Shown here one piece after another: positions 23,103 through 32,713 of a DNA stretch of 64,000 nucleotides; the stretch's first letter is position 1, and each line of letters starts with the position of its first letter. Both the position numbers and the translations under genes were made by a program. The stretch comes from an uncultured delta proteobacterium (lineage in GTDB: Bacteria; Myxococcota; Kuafuiibacteriia; Kuafuiibacteriales; Kuafuiibacteriaceae), in the NCBI GenBank assembly GCA_963803435.1, contig CAWDML010000009.1:1248001-1312000 (forward strand), given 5' to 3'. The notes under the pieces were generated by a model. The model was not told the origin of the DNA. It was given only the letters and a program-made list of their open reading frames with translations, and did no database searches.

Positions 23103-24308
23103 ATGCGGACACTGGGACTTGCTCTGCTCATCGGCGCGGTCGCGCTCGCGGCCGGCTGCACGGATCATCGCCGCGGCGGCGGTACCGTCATCAAGCCCAA
23201 GCCGAAGGACGCGGGCACCACCGACGGTGGGTCCATCCTTCCGCCGGGATGCGAGGACAATCCGAACGGCTGCGTCGCCCACCAGCTCCTCGCGGGTGAC
23301 TGCACCTGCCAGGCGGCGTGCGAGGTCGACTATGCCTGGAGCGGCACGGCCTGCGATCCGCTGGCGACGCCGGACTCCGGGATGGAGGCGCCCGACGGCG
23401 GGATGGAGACGCCCGACGGCGGCGGCCCCGAGACCGACAGCGGCACGCCCGGCAACCCCGACACCGGCACCGTCGACACCGGCACCCCCGACACCGGCAC
23501 GCCCGACACCGGCGTCCCCGCCTGCGCCGTCAACTCCGATTGTCCCGGCGCCTCACCCGCGTGCATCGACACGGCGACGCTCGAGTACTGCAACGGGCGC
23601 CAGGGCTGCACCTGCTTCGCGTCGTGCGATCCGTACGCGACCGCCAGCAGCTGCGGCGCGGGCGTGTGCACCTGGCTGGGCGTCGATCCGAACGGTCCGC
23701 TCGGGCTCTGCCTGAACGATCAGGGCGGCGGGACCCAGGGCCAGAGCTGCAACACGCAGTACGACGCCCAGGGGAACGTGACCGCGGACTCCTGCAACCG
23801 TACCCGCAATGCGATCTGCTGGGGCGCGTCGCCGGCCAGCCCGGTCGGCGTCTGCACCACCATCTGCGGCACCGGCAACCCGGGTCTGTGCACGTCCTTC
23901 GGCAACTACACCTGCGACGATCTGGGCACGCCCTCCAACGGCTACGGCGTCTGCCTCCAGCCGCCGCCCAACTACACGGACATCGGCAACGCGTGCACCG
24001 CGCCCAACACCTGTCAGGGCAACCTGTGCTCCCAGACGCTGGCGGGCTCGTGCAGCGCCTCCTGCGGCGGCCTGGGGAACTGCCCGGTGGGGAGCTACTG
24101 CCTGGATCTGCCGGGCGAAGGCCTCGCCTGCGCCGAGGGCTGTACGCACGACGGGACCACCGGGGACGACACGTTCTGCAGCAACCGGAACCCCAATACG
24201 GTCTGCGAGAACCTCGGCAGCACCACCCCGATCGGCATCTGCATCCCCGCCTGTGCCGACGACACGCAGTGCAACGGCGGAACCTGCAACAACGGCCACT
24301 GTCAGTAG
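23103..24308 (+). CDS. Cys-rich myxobacterial-type lipoprotein
   Basis: MRTLGLALLIGAVALAAGC lipobox, a DAG/DTG low-complexity linker and many short Cys-rich modules. Confidence 0.8.
   Translation: MRTLGLALLIGAVALAAGCTDHRRGGGTVIKPKPKDAGTTDGGSILPPGCEDNPNGCVAHQLLAGDCTCQAACEVDYAWSGTACDPLATPDSGMEAPDGGMETPDGGGPETDSGTPGNPDTGTVDTGTPDTGTPDTGVPACAVNSDCPGASPACIDTATLEYCNGRQGCTCFASCDPYATASSCGAGVCTWLGVDPNGPLGLCLNDQGGGTQGQSCNTQYDAQGNVTADSCNRTRNAICWGASPASPVGVCTTICGTGNPGLCTSFGNYTCDDLGTPSNGYGVCLQPPPNYTDIGNACTAPNTCQGNLCSQTLAGSCSASCGGLGNCPVGSYCLDLPGEGLACAEGCTHDGTTGDDTFCSNRNPNTVCENLGSTTPIGICIPACADDTQCNGGTCNNGHCQ
23460..23519 (+). repeat. 4 x 15-nt coding tandem repeat (GACACCGGCnnnnnn, DTGxx)
   Basis: Units gacaccggcaccgtc / gacaccggcaccccc / gacaccggcacgccc / gacaccggcgtcccc. 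Confidence 0.85.
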
Positions 24309-25216
24309 GCGAGGAGCGCGAGCAGCGCCAGCCCGATCAGCCCGAACTTGAGGGCGTAGTAGACCGGGCGGCTCCTCTTCTTGAGCCGCTTCGCGATCAG
24401 CCGCACTCGATAGAAGCCGCCGAACAGCACGTTGATGAAGCCGATCTTCTCCTCCGGCGTGTTGCGCGTCTGCGCGCCGGCGATGAAGGTACGGCCGAAC
24501 CAGCGCGTGATCGACTCCATCCAGGCCCAGCGCATCGGGCGAGCCACGTCGCAGAAGAGGATCAGCCGGTCGACGTCGGTGTGGTTGTGCGCGTAGTGGA
24601 GGAACGTCTCGTCGAAGAGCACGGCGTCGCCGTCCCGCCAGCTGTACGGCTGGCCGTCGACGAAGATCGCGCAGCGCTCGTCGTTCGGCGTGATCAATCC
24701 CAGGTGATAGCGCAGCGACCCGGCGTAGGGATCGCGGTGCGTCATCAGCCGGCTGCCGGCGGGGAGGAACGCGAACATCGCCGCGTTGAGGCCGGGGACG
24801 TCCTGTAGCAGCGACACGGTGCGCGGGCAGTGCTCGACGGCCGAGGGAAGAAAGTCGCCGTACCACTTGAGGTGGAACCGCTTCCAGCCGCGGCGGAAGA
24901 AGCTGTTGAACGCGACGTCGTCGTACTTGTCCGAGGCGCGGACGCGCTGCGCGGTCAGCAGCGCCTCGGCTTCGCTGCGGATGGCGCGCCAGCGATCGGC
25001 GAGCGAGCGGAGCTGCGGGAGATCGGTGACGTCGAGATACGGGCGATTGGGGACGCCGGAGAACAGATAGATGAGGCAGTTGATCGGCGCCATGAAGGTC
25101 GAGTGGTCGGTGAGCTGGCGACCGATCCCGTGGCGGAGGCGGCCGCGGAAGTGGACGTAGAGGGTCGAGGCGAGGAACAGCGCGACCACGCCGTAGCGGA
25201 GGAGCACCCACTCCAC
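24302..25216 (-). CDS. lpxO: Aspartyl/asparaginyl beta-hydroxylase family protein, LpxO-like lipid A hydroxylase
   Basis: YVHFRGR, RQLTDHSTFMAPIN, FNSFFRRGWKRFHLKWY, HRDPYAGSLRYHLGL, FDETFLHYAHN and RLILFCDV; TM segments at both ends. Confidence 0.85.
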   Translation of the reverse strand: MEWVLLRYGVVALFLASTLYVHFRGRLRHGIGRQLTDHSTFMAPINCLIYLFSGVPNRPYLDVTDLPQLRSLADRWRAIRSEAEALLTAQRVRASDKYDDVAFNSFFRRGWKRFHLKWYGDFLPSAVEHCPRTVSLLQDVPGLNAAMFAFLPAGSRLMTHRDPYAGSLRYHLGLITPNDERCAIFVDGQPYSWRDGDAVLFDETFLHYAHNHTDVDRLILFCDVARPMRWAWMESITRWFGRTFIAGAQTRNTPEEKIGFINVLFGGFYRVRLIAKRLKKRSRPVYYALKFGLIGLALLALLAY

Positions 25217-25348
25217 GGGCGGGAGCCTGGAGAGGGGACAGAGGCCGGTCAAGCCGCCGCTCGGGCCGAGACCCCCCTGTTACCCACCTCCCGAACGATC
25301 TGTGGTCTCGAGGCAACAAAATCCTACATTAGACGACAATCCGACGGG

Positions 25349-26344
25349 ATGGGAACGAACCTGGACGCGGTACGGATCCGCGAGGCGCAGCGATCGGACG
25401 GGCTCCAGGGGGCGGAGCGGATCGGCGAGGTCGAGCCTGAGGCGCTCCGGATCGCCCGCGGTCTCGAGGAGAGCGGCGCCCCCACGCCGGGTACCAAGCC
25501 GTCGCCGCCCGGCGCGCTCCAGCGGCTGCTCCAGTCGGGCACGCGCGCGGTGGTCGGCGTGGGCCTGGCGCTGATGGTCGGGCTAGGGGGGATGGGCTGC
25601 GCCACCCAGGGGAAGGCGCAGCAGTCGATCGATCCGGTCCAGTGCCAGCGCAACACGGCGTGGGCCGCCTCGATCGGGTCCCAGATCGGCCGGCAGATCG
25701 ATCCGCAGCGCGGCGGCGTCCTCGGCGGTGCGCTGGCGGCGCTGCTCGAGCGCGCGGTCGGGTGCAGCACGGCGTCACAGATGACGTCCTCGCCGCAGAT
25801 CAAGCAGCTCAACCACGACATCGAGGAGGCGCTGGCGCTCGACTCGGCGAAGTTCGGATCGGGCGCGACGCTGACCGACCCGATGAAGCAGATCCTCGAC
25901 GACGTCGTCGGCGAGCTCGCCGATCGCTATCCGAACGCGAGGATCCTAGTGGTCGCCCATGCCGACGTGGCGGGGAACGTCGCGCTGATGAACCGCGGGC
26001 TGTCGCGGGAGCGGGCGAACGCGGTCGTCGCCTACCTTCGCGACGCGGGGGTGAAGCAGGCGATCGACACGCAGGCCGCCGGCGACACCGAGGGCAAGAA
26101 CCGGCTCGAGCTGGTCGTGGTGGAGCAGCCCACGAGCGCAAGCCAGGCGGACAATCCGTTCGGCATCCCAGGCCTGAGGATCCACTTCGGCAACGGCGGC
26201 ATCAGCGGCAACGGCCAGGGGAACGTGGGCGGTCACGGCACGCCCAACGTCAACTTCCCCGGCGGCGCCAACCAGAACGGGGTCGGCAACGGCCCGCAGC
26301 GCCAGTCGCCCGGACCAGGCACCAGCGGCTGGAACGGTCACTAG
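25349..26344 (+). CDS. OmpA-family peptidoglycan-binding protein with glycine-zipper-like segment
   Basis: Internal hydrophobic stretch ending GMGC; GGVLGGALA; F-x-SGATL, VVAHAD and NRGLSRERANAVVAYL; Gly/Asn-rich tail. Confidence 0.75.
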   Translation: MGTNLDAVRIREAQRSDGLQGAERIGEVEPEALRIARGLEESGAPTPGTKPSPPGALQRLLQSGTRAVVGVGLALMVGLGGMGCATQGKAQQSIDPVQCQRNTAWAASIGSQIGRQIDPQRGGVLGGALAALLERAVGCSTASQMTSSPQIKQLNHDIEEALALDSAKFGSGATLTDPMKQILDDVVGELADRYPNARILVVAHADVAGNVALMNRGLSRERANAVVAYLRDAGVKQAIDTQAAGDTEGKNRLELVVVEQPTSASQADNPFGIPGLRIHFGNGGISGNGQGNVGGHGTPNVNFPGGANQNGVGNGPQRQSPGPGTSGWNGH

Positions 26345-26346
26345 CC

Positions 26347-28665
26347 ATGCGGGGCCTCGTCGTCGCGTCGGTGCTGCTCGCCTTCCCGTCGCTCGCCCAG
26401 GCGCAGCTCTGGCAGCAGCACAACATGAACATCACGCCGCTGTGCGGCCAGCAGGGGACGTACTTCGAGTGGACGCTCGAGTACGAGATGAGCACCTCCG
26501 AGGTGCTCTGCATGAACGGTTGCGACACCACCGCGTGGATCGACGTCTGGGACTACAACGCGAGCGGCGCCGACACGCTCCTCTGCTCGGTCAACGTCTT
26601 CGTCTCCTCGGACTGGGACGGCACCGGTGCGTGCTTCACTCCGGTCCTCTACGGTGAGGGCGCGTTCGCGTGCGATCTGACGCCGTTCTACGGCGGCGCG
26701 GAGGGCAATGAGCTCGAGCTCTACTACGTGATGGAGCCCGAGATCCCCGGCCTGTGTGGCAACCCGTTCTGGAGCAGCCAGACCCTCAGCCTGCCCGCCT
26801 GCGGCTCGGGCAGCGGCACCAACGGCGCCGCGATCACCTGCGGTACCGGGAGCTGCAACTCGGCGCCCAACCCGCTGCCTGACGACGCCACCGCCTACGT
26901 GTCCTGGGACCCGTGCTCGGGCGGGTCGTTCTCGTGGACCGCCAGCGCCGAGTTCGAGCTCAACCACGATCGCGCCTGCGTCGGCGGACAGGCGACCGCC
27001 GGCGCCACGGGCGGTTGCACGGGCGGGACCGAGCTGACCGGCGCCGGGACCTGGAACGGCATCGCCACCGGGCTCCTCGAGATCACGCTCGCGACCGACG
27101 TCTCGGTGGCGTCCGCCGGGATCACCTCGCTCAGCGCCACCTGCATGGCCGGCACCACCGCCGAGGTGATCTGCCAGGGCACCAGCTGCATCACCTCGCC
27201 CAACCCGCTCCCCAACGACGCGACCGCCTCCACCCGGTGGGAATCCGTGCGGCGGCCAGGCCTTCTCGTGGACCGGCGCGGGCCAGCTGGAGGCGAACCG
27301 CGATCGCGTCTGCCTGGGCGGCATCGCCAACGCCGCCGGCTGCGCGGGAGGCGTGGAGCTCACCGGCACCGGGCCGTGGACCGGCAACGCGCCCGGCGCG
27401 ATCGACGTCGGCCTGTTCACGGATGGCAGCGTCGCCAGCGCCGGGATCACCTCGCTGGTGGCGACCTGCGGCGGCACCGGCGGCGGCGCTGCGCGGATGA
27501 TCTGCAGCGGCACGCTCTGCCACAGCGACCCCACCCCGCTCCCCGACGACGCCACGGCCGAGACGACGTGGGATCCGTGCAGCGGCGGCGCGTTCACGTG
27601 GGAGGCCCAGGGGGAGCTCGAGGACGGCTATGACCGGGTGTGCGTGGGCGGCGTCGCGGACGGCTCGGGCTGCTCGGCGGGCGACGAGCTCACCGGCGCC
27701 GGACCCTGGTCGGGCGCTGCGAGCGCGGCCGTGGTGGTGAGCCTCGCGACCGACGGCAGCGGCGGGAGCACGGGACTCACGCGCCTGTCCGCGACGTGCG
27801 ACGGCCCCAGTCCGGCACACGCGTCGATCCGCTGCACCGGCACCGGCTGCGCGAGCGCGCCCGTACCGCTCCCCGACCTCGCCAGCGCGATGACCAGCTT
27901 CGATCCCTGTGCCGGCGGCCCGTTCACCTGGACCGCCGAGGGCCGTCTGGAGCCGGGCATCGACCGGGCGTGCGCCGGCGGGATCGCCACCGCGGGGGCC
28001 GACGGCGGATGCACCGCCGGCGACGAGCTCACCGGGGATGGCCCTTGGAGCGGTCGCTGGAACGGCGCGATGGTGCTCAGCCTGGCGACCGACGACTCGG
28101 TCGCGAGCGACGGCTTCACGCTCACGGCCGCCTGCGGCGATACCGGCGGCGCCGGCGCGGATCTGGTACCAGCGCAGCTCACGCTGCCGGCCTCGGCCAG
28201 GTCGGGCGAGACGATCGCGATCGCCTACATGCTCCGAAACCTGGGCGACGTTGCCGCCGGCCCGCACAGCAACCGCGTGTTCCTCTCGAAGGACGACCGG
28301 CTCGACGACGGCGACGAGCCGATCTGTCGCGATCGCGTGGACGCGGCGCCGATCGGGCCGCGAATGCGGAGCTTGGACTGTCCGATCCCGGCCGAGATCG
28401 CCCCGGGCACCTGGCGCGTGGTCCTGCTGGCGGACGCCGAGGACGAGATCTGGAGTCGGACGAGACGAACAACGAGGCCTGGCAGTCGATCTCGATCCTG
28501 GGCGGTACTCCGCTCCCGCGGGCCACCGCGGACGGGGGCGGGTGCCGCTGTCTCGCCCCGGGCCGGCCGCGCTGGGCTGGGGCGTCGGCGGTGATCCTCG
28601 GCGCGCTATTGATCCTCAGACGGCGTCGCCGCGCCGGCGGTGCGCGAGCTCGAGCGCGCGGGTGA
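26347..28665 (+). CDS. Secreted surface protein: four ~100-aa Cys-containing CUB-like repeats, CARDB domain, MYXO-CTERM-like tail (frameshifts near 27250 and 28450)
   Basis: Signal peptide; repeats PxPLPxDA...W/FDPC.GGxFxW...LE..xDRxC.GG...ELTG.GPW...LATD.S; ADLV...LRNLGDVAAG...ESDETNN; GGGCRC, hydrophobic stretch, RRRRR. Confidence 0.75.
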
Positions 28666-29638
28666 ACGGACCGCGGATCTTCCGGAAGTAGGGGAGGAAC
28701 CGCACGAACTCGGGACGGAAGCCGTATTTGAATCGCCAGGTCCCGTAGTTCGGATCGCTCTCGATCGGCACCGGCCCCTGACAGCCGCCCAGGTCGTACC
28801 AGAGATGTCCCTGGTCGCGGAGCGTGCGCATCACCTCGAAGTGGAGGATCTGCGCGGCGCCCGGGATCTTCCGCTCCACGTGCGCCTTCGAGCGGGTCCC
28901 CAGCGCGTAGATGGGGACGCCGAGCATGTCGACGATCAACATGTTGGCGAAGTCCTCGCCGTACCGCTCCACGAAGATCACGGCGCGGCCCTGCTCGATG
29001 AGCGGACGGAGCCCGCTCCCGATCTGCGCCTTCGGCTGGTCGGGAGCGCCCTTGCGGGCGACCATCTCGAGGTAGGCCTCGGCGAACGGATCGAGCAGCG
29101 CGAGGTCGCGCGAGGCCTCCACGGTGGCACCGGCCTTGGTCGCCTTGCGAATGCGGTTGCGATACTCGGGCTTGAACGAGCCGAGGAGGGCGTCGTCGGG
29201 GCGATCGATCCGCATGAAGTAGGTGGTCTCGGTGCGGCCGAGCGCGCGGTAACCGGCGCTCTCGATCGTCTCCCGGAAGCGCGCGTGCTGCTCGAAGCCC
29301 TCGATGGTCGGCGTCGACGGGATCCGCAGCCGCAGCTCGGTCTCGACGGCGCCGCGGCGAAGGCAGAAGCGGTCGACCGCGTCGAGGAGCGCGCGCAGCT
29401 CCTCGGCCGAGTCGAACAGGAGAAAGTTGATCCGGCTGAGCGAGACGGGCGTGTACGGGATCCGCTGGAGGGCGATCGTCGCGCCGCCGATCAACTCGCC
29501 GTTCGCGTAGAGCCCGAGGTCGTGGTTGGTCCAGCCGGCCAGCGCATCCCAGAGCGGAACGATCGAGCGCGCCATCCGGTGAGCGAAGAGCAAACGATCC
29601 CAGGCGCCTCGATCGTCGACAGGCCGGGCGGTCAACAT
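28616..29638 (-). CDS. FemAB/FemX-like GNAT-fold aminoacyltransferase
   Basis: TYFMRID...LLGSFKPEYRNRIRKATKAG, ILHFEVM, WYDLGG and WRFKYGF. Confidence 0.75.
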   Translation of the reverse strand: MLTARPVDDRGAWDRLLFAHRMARSIVPLWDALAGWTNHDLGLYANGELIGGATIALQRIPYTPVSLSRINFLLFDSAEELRALLDAVDRFCLRRGAVETELRLRIPSTPTIEGFEQHARFRETIESAGYRALGRTETTYFMRIDRPDDALLGSFKPEYRNRIRKATKAGATVEASRDLALLDPFAEAYLEMVARKGAPDQPKAQIGSGLRPLIEQGRAVIFVERYGEDFANMLIVDMLGVPIYALGTRSKAHVERKIPGAAQILHFEVMRTLRDQGHLWYDLGGCQGPVPIESDPNYGTWRFKYGFRPEFVRFLPYFRKIRGPFTRALELAHRRRGDAV

Positions 29639-30348
29639 CAGCGGCTCGCGGGCACCCGGAAGAGAGGCCGGCGATCGTACTTCCGGATCAGGAAGACGCG
29701 ATCCCCGACGAGCGCAAAACGTAGCAAGATCTTGTGCTCCATCAGGCGGCCGATCTCCCTCCAGCCGATCGTTCGATACAGCCAGAGGCCGGCGCGGTTG
29801 GCGGCGTATACGTAGCCGTAGGAGGCCTTGAAGCCGAGCTGATGCTGGCGCTCCTGGACGGCCCGCGCGAACAGATTCCCGAGGCCCCGGTGTTCCTCGG
29901 GCACGAAGTAGTCGAACGTGTAGACCTCGTCCGCGCGCGGGCGGATCGGGAGCCACCCGAGGTCGGGGTGGACGTGCGCCTCGGGATCGTCCGAGCCTCG
30001 GGTGAAGAAGACGTAGCCCGCGATCTCGCCGTCGAGCTCGGCGACCAGCCCCGACATGCCCTGGTCGAGCCGATCGGCCACATTCGAGATGCGCGCGGGC
30101 TCGGTCCTGGCGAGCATGACCTCGATGCGCTGCACGATGCCGCGGTCGAGGTCGAGCAGGCGAAAGCCGGTCGTCTCGCGGTCGCGATCCCGGAGACGGT
30201 TCTTGGACTCCGTCAGGTCGACGGCCAGCAGCACGATCTCCCGGTCACCGTCGACGAGGTACGTCTTGGCCCGCGCCCAGACGTAGCGCGCGCCCTCGCG
30301 CGGTCCCTTCTCGACCACCGCACCGAGCGCCTTCGAGAGCAGCGACAC
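29638..30348 (-). CDS. GNAT family N-acetyltransferase
   Basis: YTFDYFVPEEHRGLG and NRAGLWLYRTIGW (GNAT motifs A and B); coupled to the FemAB-like gene. Confidence 0.75.
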   Translation of the reverse strand: MSLLSKALGAVVEKGPREGARYVWARAKTYLVDGDREIVLLAVDLTESKNRLRDRDRETTGFRLLDLDRGIVQRIEVMLARTEPARISNVADRLDQGMSGLVAELDGEIAGYVFFTRGSDDPEAHVHPDLGWLPIRPRADEVYTFDYFVPEEHRGLGNLFARAVQERQHQLGFKASYGYVYAANRAGLWLYRTIGWREIGRLMEHKILLRFALVGDRVFLIRKYDRRPLFRVPASR

Positions 30349-30375
30349 GGGCCCTCTGATAACACAGGAGCCGGG

Positions 30376-31335
30376 TCAGAGGGACGGACCGAGCGTCACC
30401 AGCTGGCCGCACGCCGCGCGCTCGTCGGCGCCGCGGGCGCGGCGGACCAGGCAGAGGTAGCCGGAGGCCATGAGGCGCGCCTGAAACGCCGCTACATCGG
30501 CCGGCGGCGAGGTGCCGAGCCCCTTGTCCCCGATCGGGTTCATCGGGAGCAGGTTGATCCGCACCTCGGTGGGAAAGTCCGCGAAGAGGCGGGCGATCGC
30601 GTCCGCGTGCTCGACCCGATCGTTGACGCCTTCGATCAGCGCCACCTCCACGAACAGCGCCGAGCCGCGGGCGCGACTGACGGCGGCGAAGGCGTCCCGG
30701 AGCGCGGCGACGTCGTGGCGGGCCGTGGGGATCAGCCGGCGGCGGACCACGTCGTCCGCGGCGTGGAGCGACCACGCGATCTGCGCCGGCCAGCCCTCGA
30801 GCTGAGCGACGGCCTTCGGCGTGGGCGCGACGGTGCTGACCGTGATGTGGCGGGGGCCGATGCGGAATCCGTCGACGAGGACATCGAGCGCCGTGCGGAC
30901 GGCGGCCGCATTGTCGAGCGGCTCGCCCATCCCCATGAACACTACGTTCCGGATCGGCTGCTCGGCGGCCTGGAGCGCCACCCACAGCTGCGCCGCGATC
31001 TCGTGCGGCTCCAGGTTGCGGGCGAGCCCCATGGTGGCGGTGAGGCAGAACGTGCAGCCGCGTACGCACCCCACCTGCGTCGACACGCACAGCGTCGTGC
31101 GCGTGCGGCCGGGGATCAGCACCGACTCGATCCGGGCGCCGTCGGCGAGCGCCAGCAGCAGCTTGGTGGTGCCGTCGCCGGCGACGGCGCGCGCCTTCAC
31201 CTCGGGGAGCGCGAGCTCGAGGTCGAAGAGCTTCGGCGGTCGCTCCCCGAGCTGCAGCGCCCGGAACACCGTCTTGGCCCGACCCGGCCCGATGCGCGCG
31301 GCCAGCGCACCGGGGCTCAGCGAGAGAAGATACAT
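30376..31335 (-). CDS. rlmN: RlmN-like radical SAM RNA methyltransferase
   Basis: IESVLIP, TLCVSTQVGCVRGCTFC, NVVFMGMGEPLDN, SLHA and AACGQL. Confidence 0.8.
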   Translation of the reverse strand: MYLLSLSPGALAARIGPGRAKTVFRALQLGERPPKLFDLELALPEVKARAVAGDGTTKLLLALADGARIESVLIPGRTRTTLCVSTQVGCVRGCTFCLTATMGLARNLEPHEIAAQLWVALQAAEQPIRNVVFMGMGEPLDNAAAVRTALDVLVDGFRIGPRHITVSTVAPTPKAVAQLEGWPAQIAWSLHAADDVVRRRLIPTARHDVAALRDAFAAVSRARGSALFVEVALIEGVNDRVEHADAIARLFADFPTEVRINLLPMNPIGDKGLGTSPPADVAAFQARLMASGYLCLVRRARGADERAACGQLVTLGPSL

Positions 31336-31385
31336 GCGGAGTCGAGACGATCTGATCGCTCAACTCACGACTGTCAACTCTCGAC

Positions 31386-32342
31386 TCAGTTGAGCCGCTG
31401 GCTGCACCAGTCGAGCAGCCTCGGATAGAGCTGATCGCGGGCGCGGGCGCCCACCACCGCACCGACGTGGCCGCCGGGGACGGAGAGGACTTCCACGTCG
31501 TTGCTGAGGACGGACTCGTTCAGCGCAATCGCGGCGCGCGGCGGACAGATCGTGTCCTTGTCCGCGACGATGGTGAGGACCGGGCAGCGGATGCGGCCGA
31601 GGTCTGCGCGCCGGCCCAGGACCCAGTGCTCGCCCTTGATCAGCCGGTTCTCCTGGTAGAGCTCGCGGATGTACGTCTCGTAGGCCGCGGCGGGGAAGGG
31701 CGTGTTGTCGTTGGCCCAGCCCTCGAGGGCGAGAAAGAACGCCCTCGCGTCGGCATCGTGGGCGCTCCCGGCGAAGCCGACCCACTTGCTGATCTGGAGG
31801 GTCGGCCGCAGGGCGGTGAAGCCGCTCTGCATCTGCATGCCGCTCATGTTCCCGGCCGCCGCGATCGCGGAGGCATCGAACCAGCGCGGCTCGACGAGCC
31901 GGCTGAGGAGCCCCCCGTGCGAGAAGTCGATCGGACCGGCGAGGTTGATCAACAACGCGACCGATTCGGGCTCGAGCGCCGCCTGGATCCCGGTGAGCGT
32001 GCCGCCCATGCAGTAGCCGAGCAGCGCCACCTTGGGAACGCCGGTATCCCGCTGGACGCGCCGGATGGCGCGGCGCAGGCGGCGGAGCACCGAAGCCCAC
32101 GTGAGGTAGCGATCTTCGTCGTTCGGGACGCCCCAGTCGAGGCAGTAGGTGTCGAAGCGCGTGCTGAGCGCTCCGGCCACGCTGGAGCCTGCGAGCAGAT
32201 CGAGCACGTACCAGCGGTTGATCAGAGACGGCACCAGCAGGATCGGCGTCCGCCCCGCCGGCCGGAGATCCGGCCGGCGGAAACGGTAAATCGCCGCGGT
32301 GCCCTCCCGATGGATGATGTCCTTCGGAGTGACCGCGTCCAT
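31386..32342 (-). CDS. phaC: Class III-like PHA synthase PhaC (copy 1)
   Basis: TPKDII, PILLVPSLINRWYVLDL, LDWG, PhaC box GYCMGG, ADKDTICP (Asp) and GGHVG (His). Confidence 0.85.
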   Translation of the reverse strand: MDAVTPKDIIHREGTAAIYRFRRPDLRPAGRTPILLVPSLINRWYVLDLLAGSSVAGALSTRFDTYCLDWGVPNDEDRYLTWASVLRRLRRAIRRVQRDTGVPKVALLGYCMGGTLTGIQAALEPESVALLINLAGPIDFSHGGLLSRLVEPRWFDASAIAAAGNMSGMQMQSGFTALRPTLQISKWVGFAGSAHDADARAFFLALEGWANDNTPFPAAAYETYIRELYQENRLIKGEHWVLGRRADLGRIRCPVLTIVADKDTICPPRAAIALNESVLSNDVEVLSVPGGHVGAVVGARARDQLYPRLLDWCSQRLN

Positions 32343-32347
32343 ACGCG

Positions 32348-32599
32348 CTACACCCAGGCCGTCATCATGTCGGCGGCTCGGCGCGAGCTCTCGAGCGCGA
32401 TCCGCCGCCACTCGTCGCCCAGCCGTGCGGCGTAGTCGACGGAGGACTTCATCAGCTTCGAGTACTCCTCGATCGCCTCGTATGCGGCCTCGCGATTCTT
32501 CGAGTCGATCTCCGCCATCTGCTCGAAGAACCTGCCGAGCCGATCGTGGCCCTCGGCCTTCGGCGGCGGGGCGGGGTTGGGGGTCGTCTTGTCTGCCAT
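32348..32599 (-). CDS. Phasin-like small amphipathic helical protein (83 aa)
   Basis: AGGAG Shine-Dalgarno; all-helical Ala/Glu-rich sequence; lies between phaR and phaC; its promoter is flanked by PhaR-type boxes. Confidence 0.6.
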   Translation of the reverse strand: MADKTTPNPAPPPKAEGHDRLGRFFEQMAEIDSKNREAAYEAIEEYSKLMKSSVDYAARLGDEWRRIALESSRRAADMMTAWV

Positions 32600-32630
32600 C
32601 AGGTTGCTCCTGTCTGAGTCGGTGTCGCTG

Positions 32631-32645
32631 TGTTGCAGTGCAACA
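32631..32645. promoter_or_regulatory. Putative PhaR operator
   Basis: Perfect palindrome TGTTGCA-G-TGCAACA just downstream of the predicted transcription start of the phasin-like gene. Confidence 0.7.
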
Positions 32646-32657
32646 TCGAACGGCCGG

Positions 32658-32686
32658 AGAATGAAGCACGCCTGGGGCGCTGTCAA
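32658..32686 (-). promoter_or_regulatory. Sigma70-like promoter of the phasin-like/phaC unit
   Basis: TTGACA-N17-CATTCT on the minus strand. Confidence 0.6.
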
Positions 32687-32690
32687 GCGC

Positions 32691-32713
32691 CTACTGTTGC
32701 GATGCAGCAGTAG
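32691..32713. promoter_or_regulatory. Putative second PhaR operator / hairpin after the phaR stop
   Basis: CTACTGTTGC-GAT-GCAGCAGTAG inverted repeat with a TGC-N3-GCA core. Confidence 0.55.

Noticed and set aside
23378-23519. Short direct repeats as a CRISPR array
   Set aside because: They are in-frame 15- and 21-nt coding repeats without unique spacers, and there are no cas genes in the window.
30376-31335. Cfr-type antibiotic resistance methyltransferase
   Set aside because: The MGMGEPLDN motif and chromosomal context fit RlmN better, and there is no mobile context.
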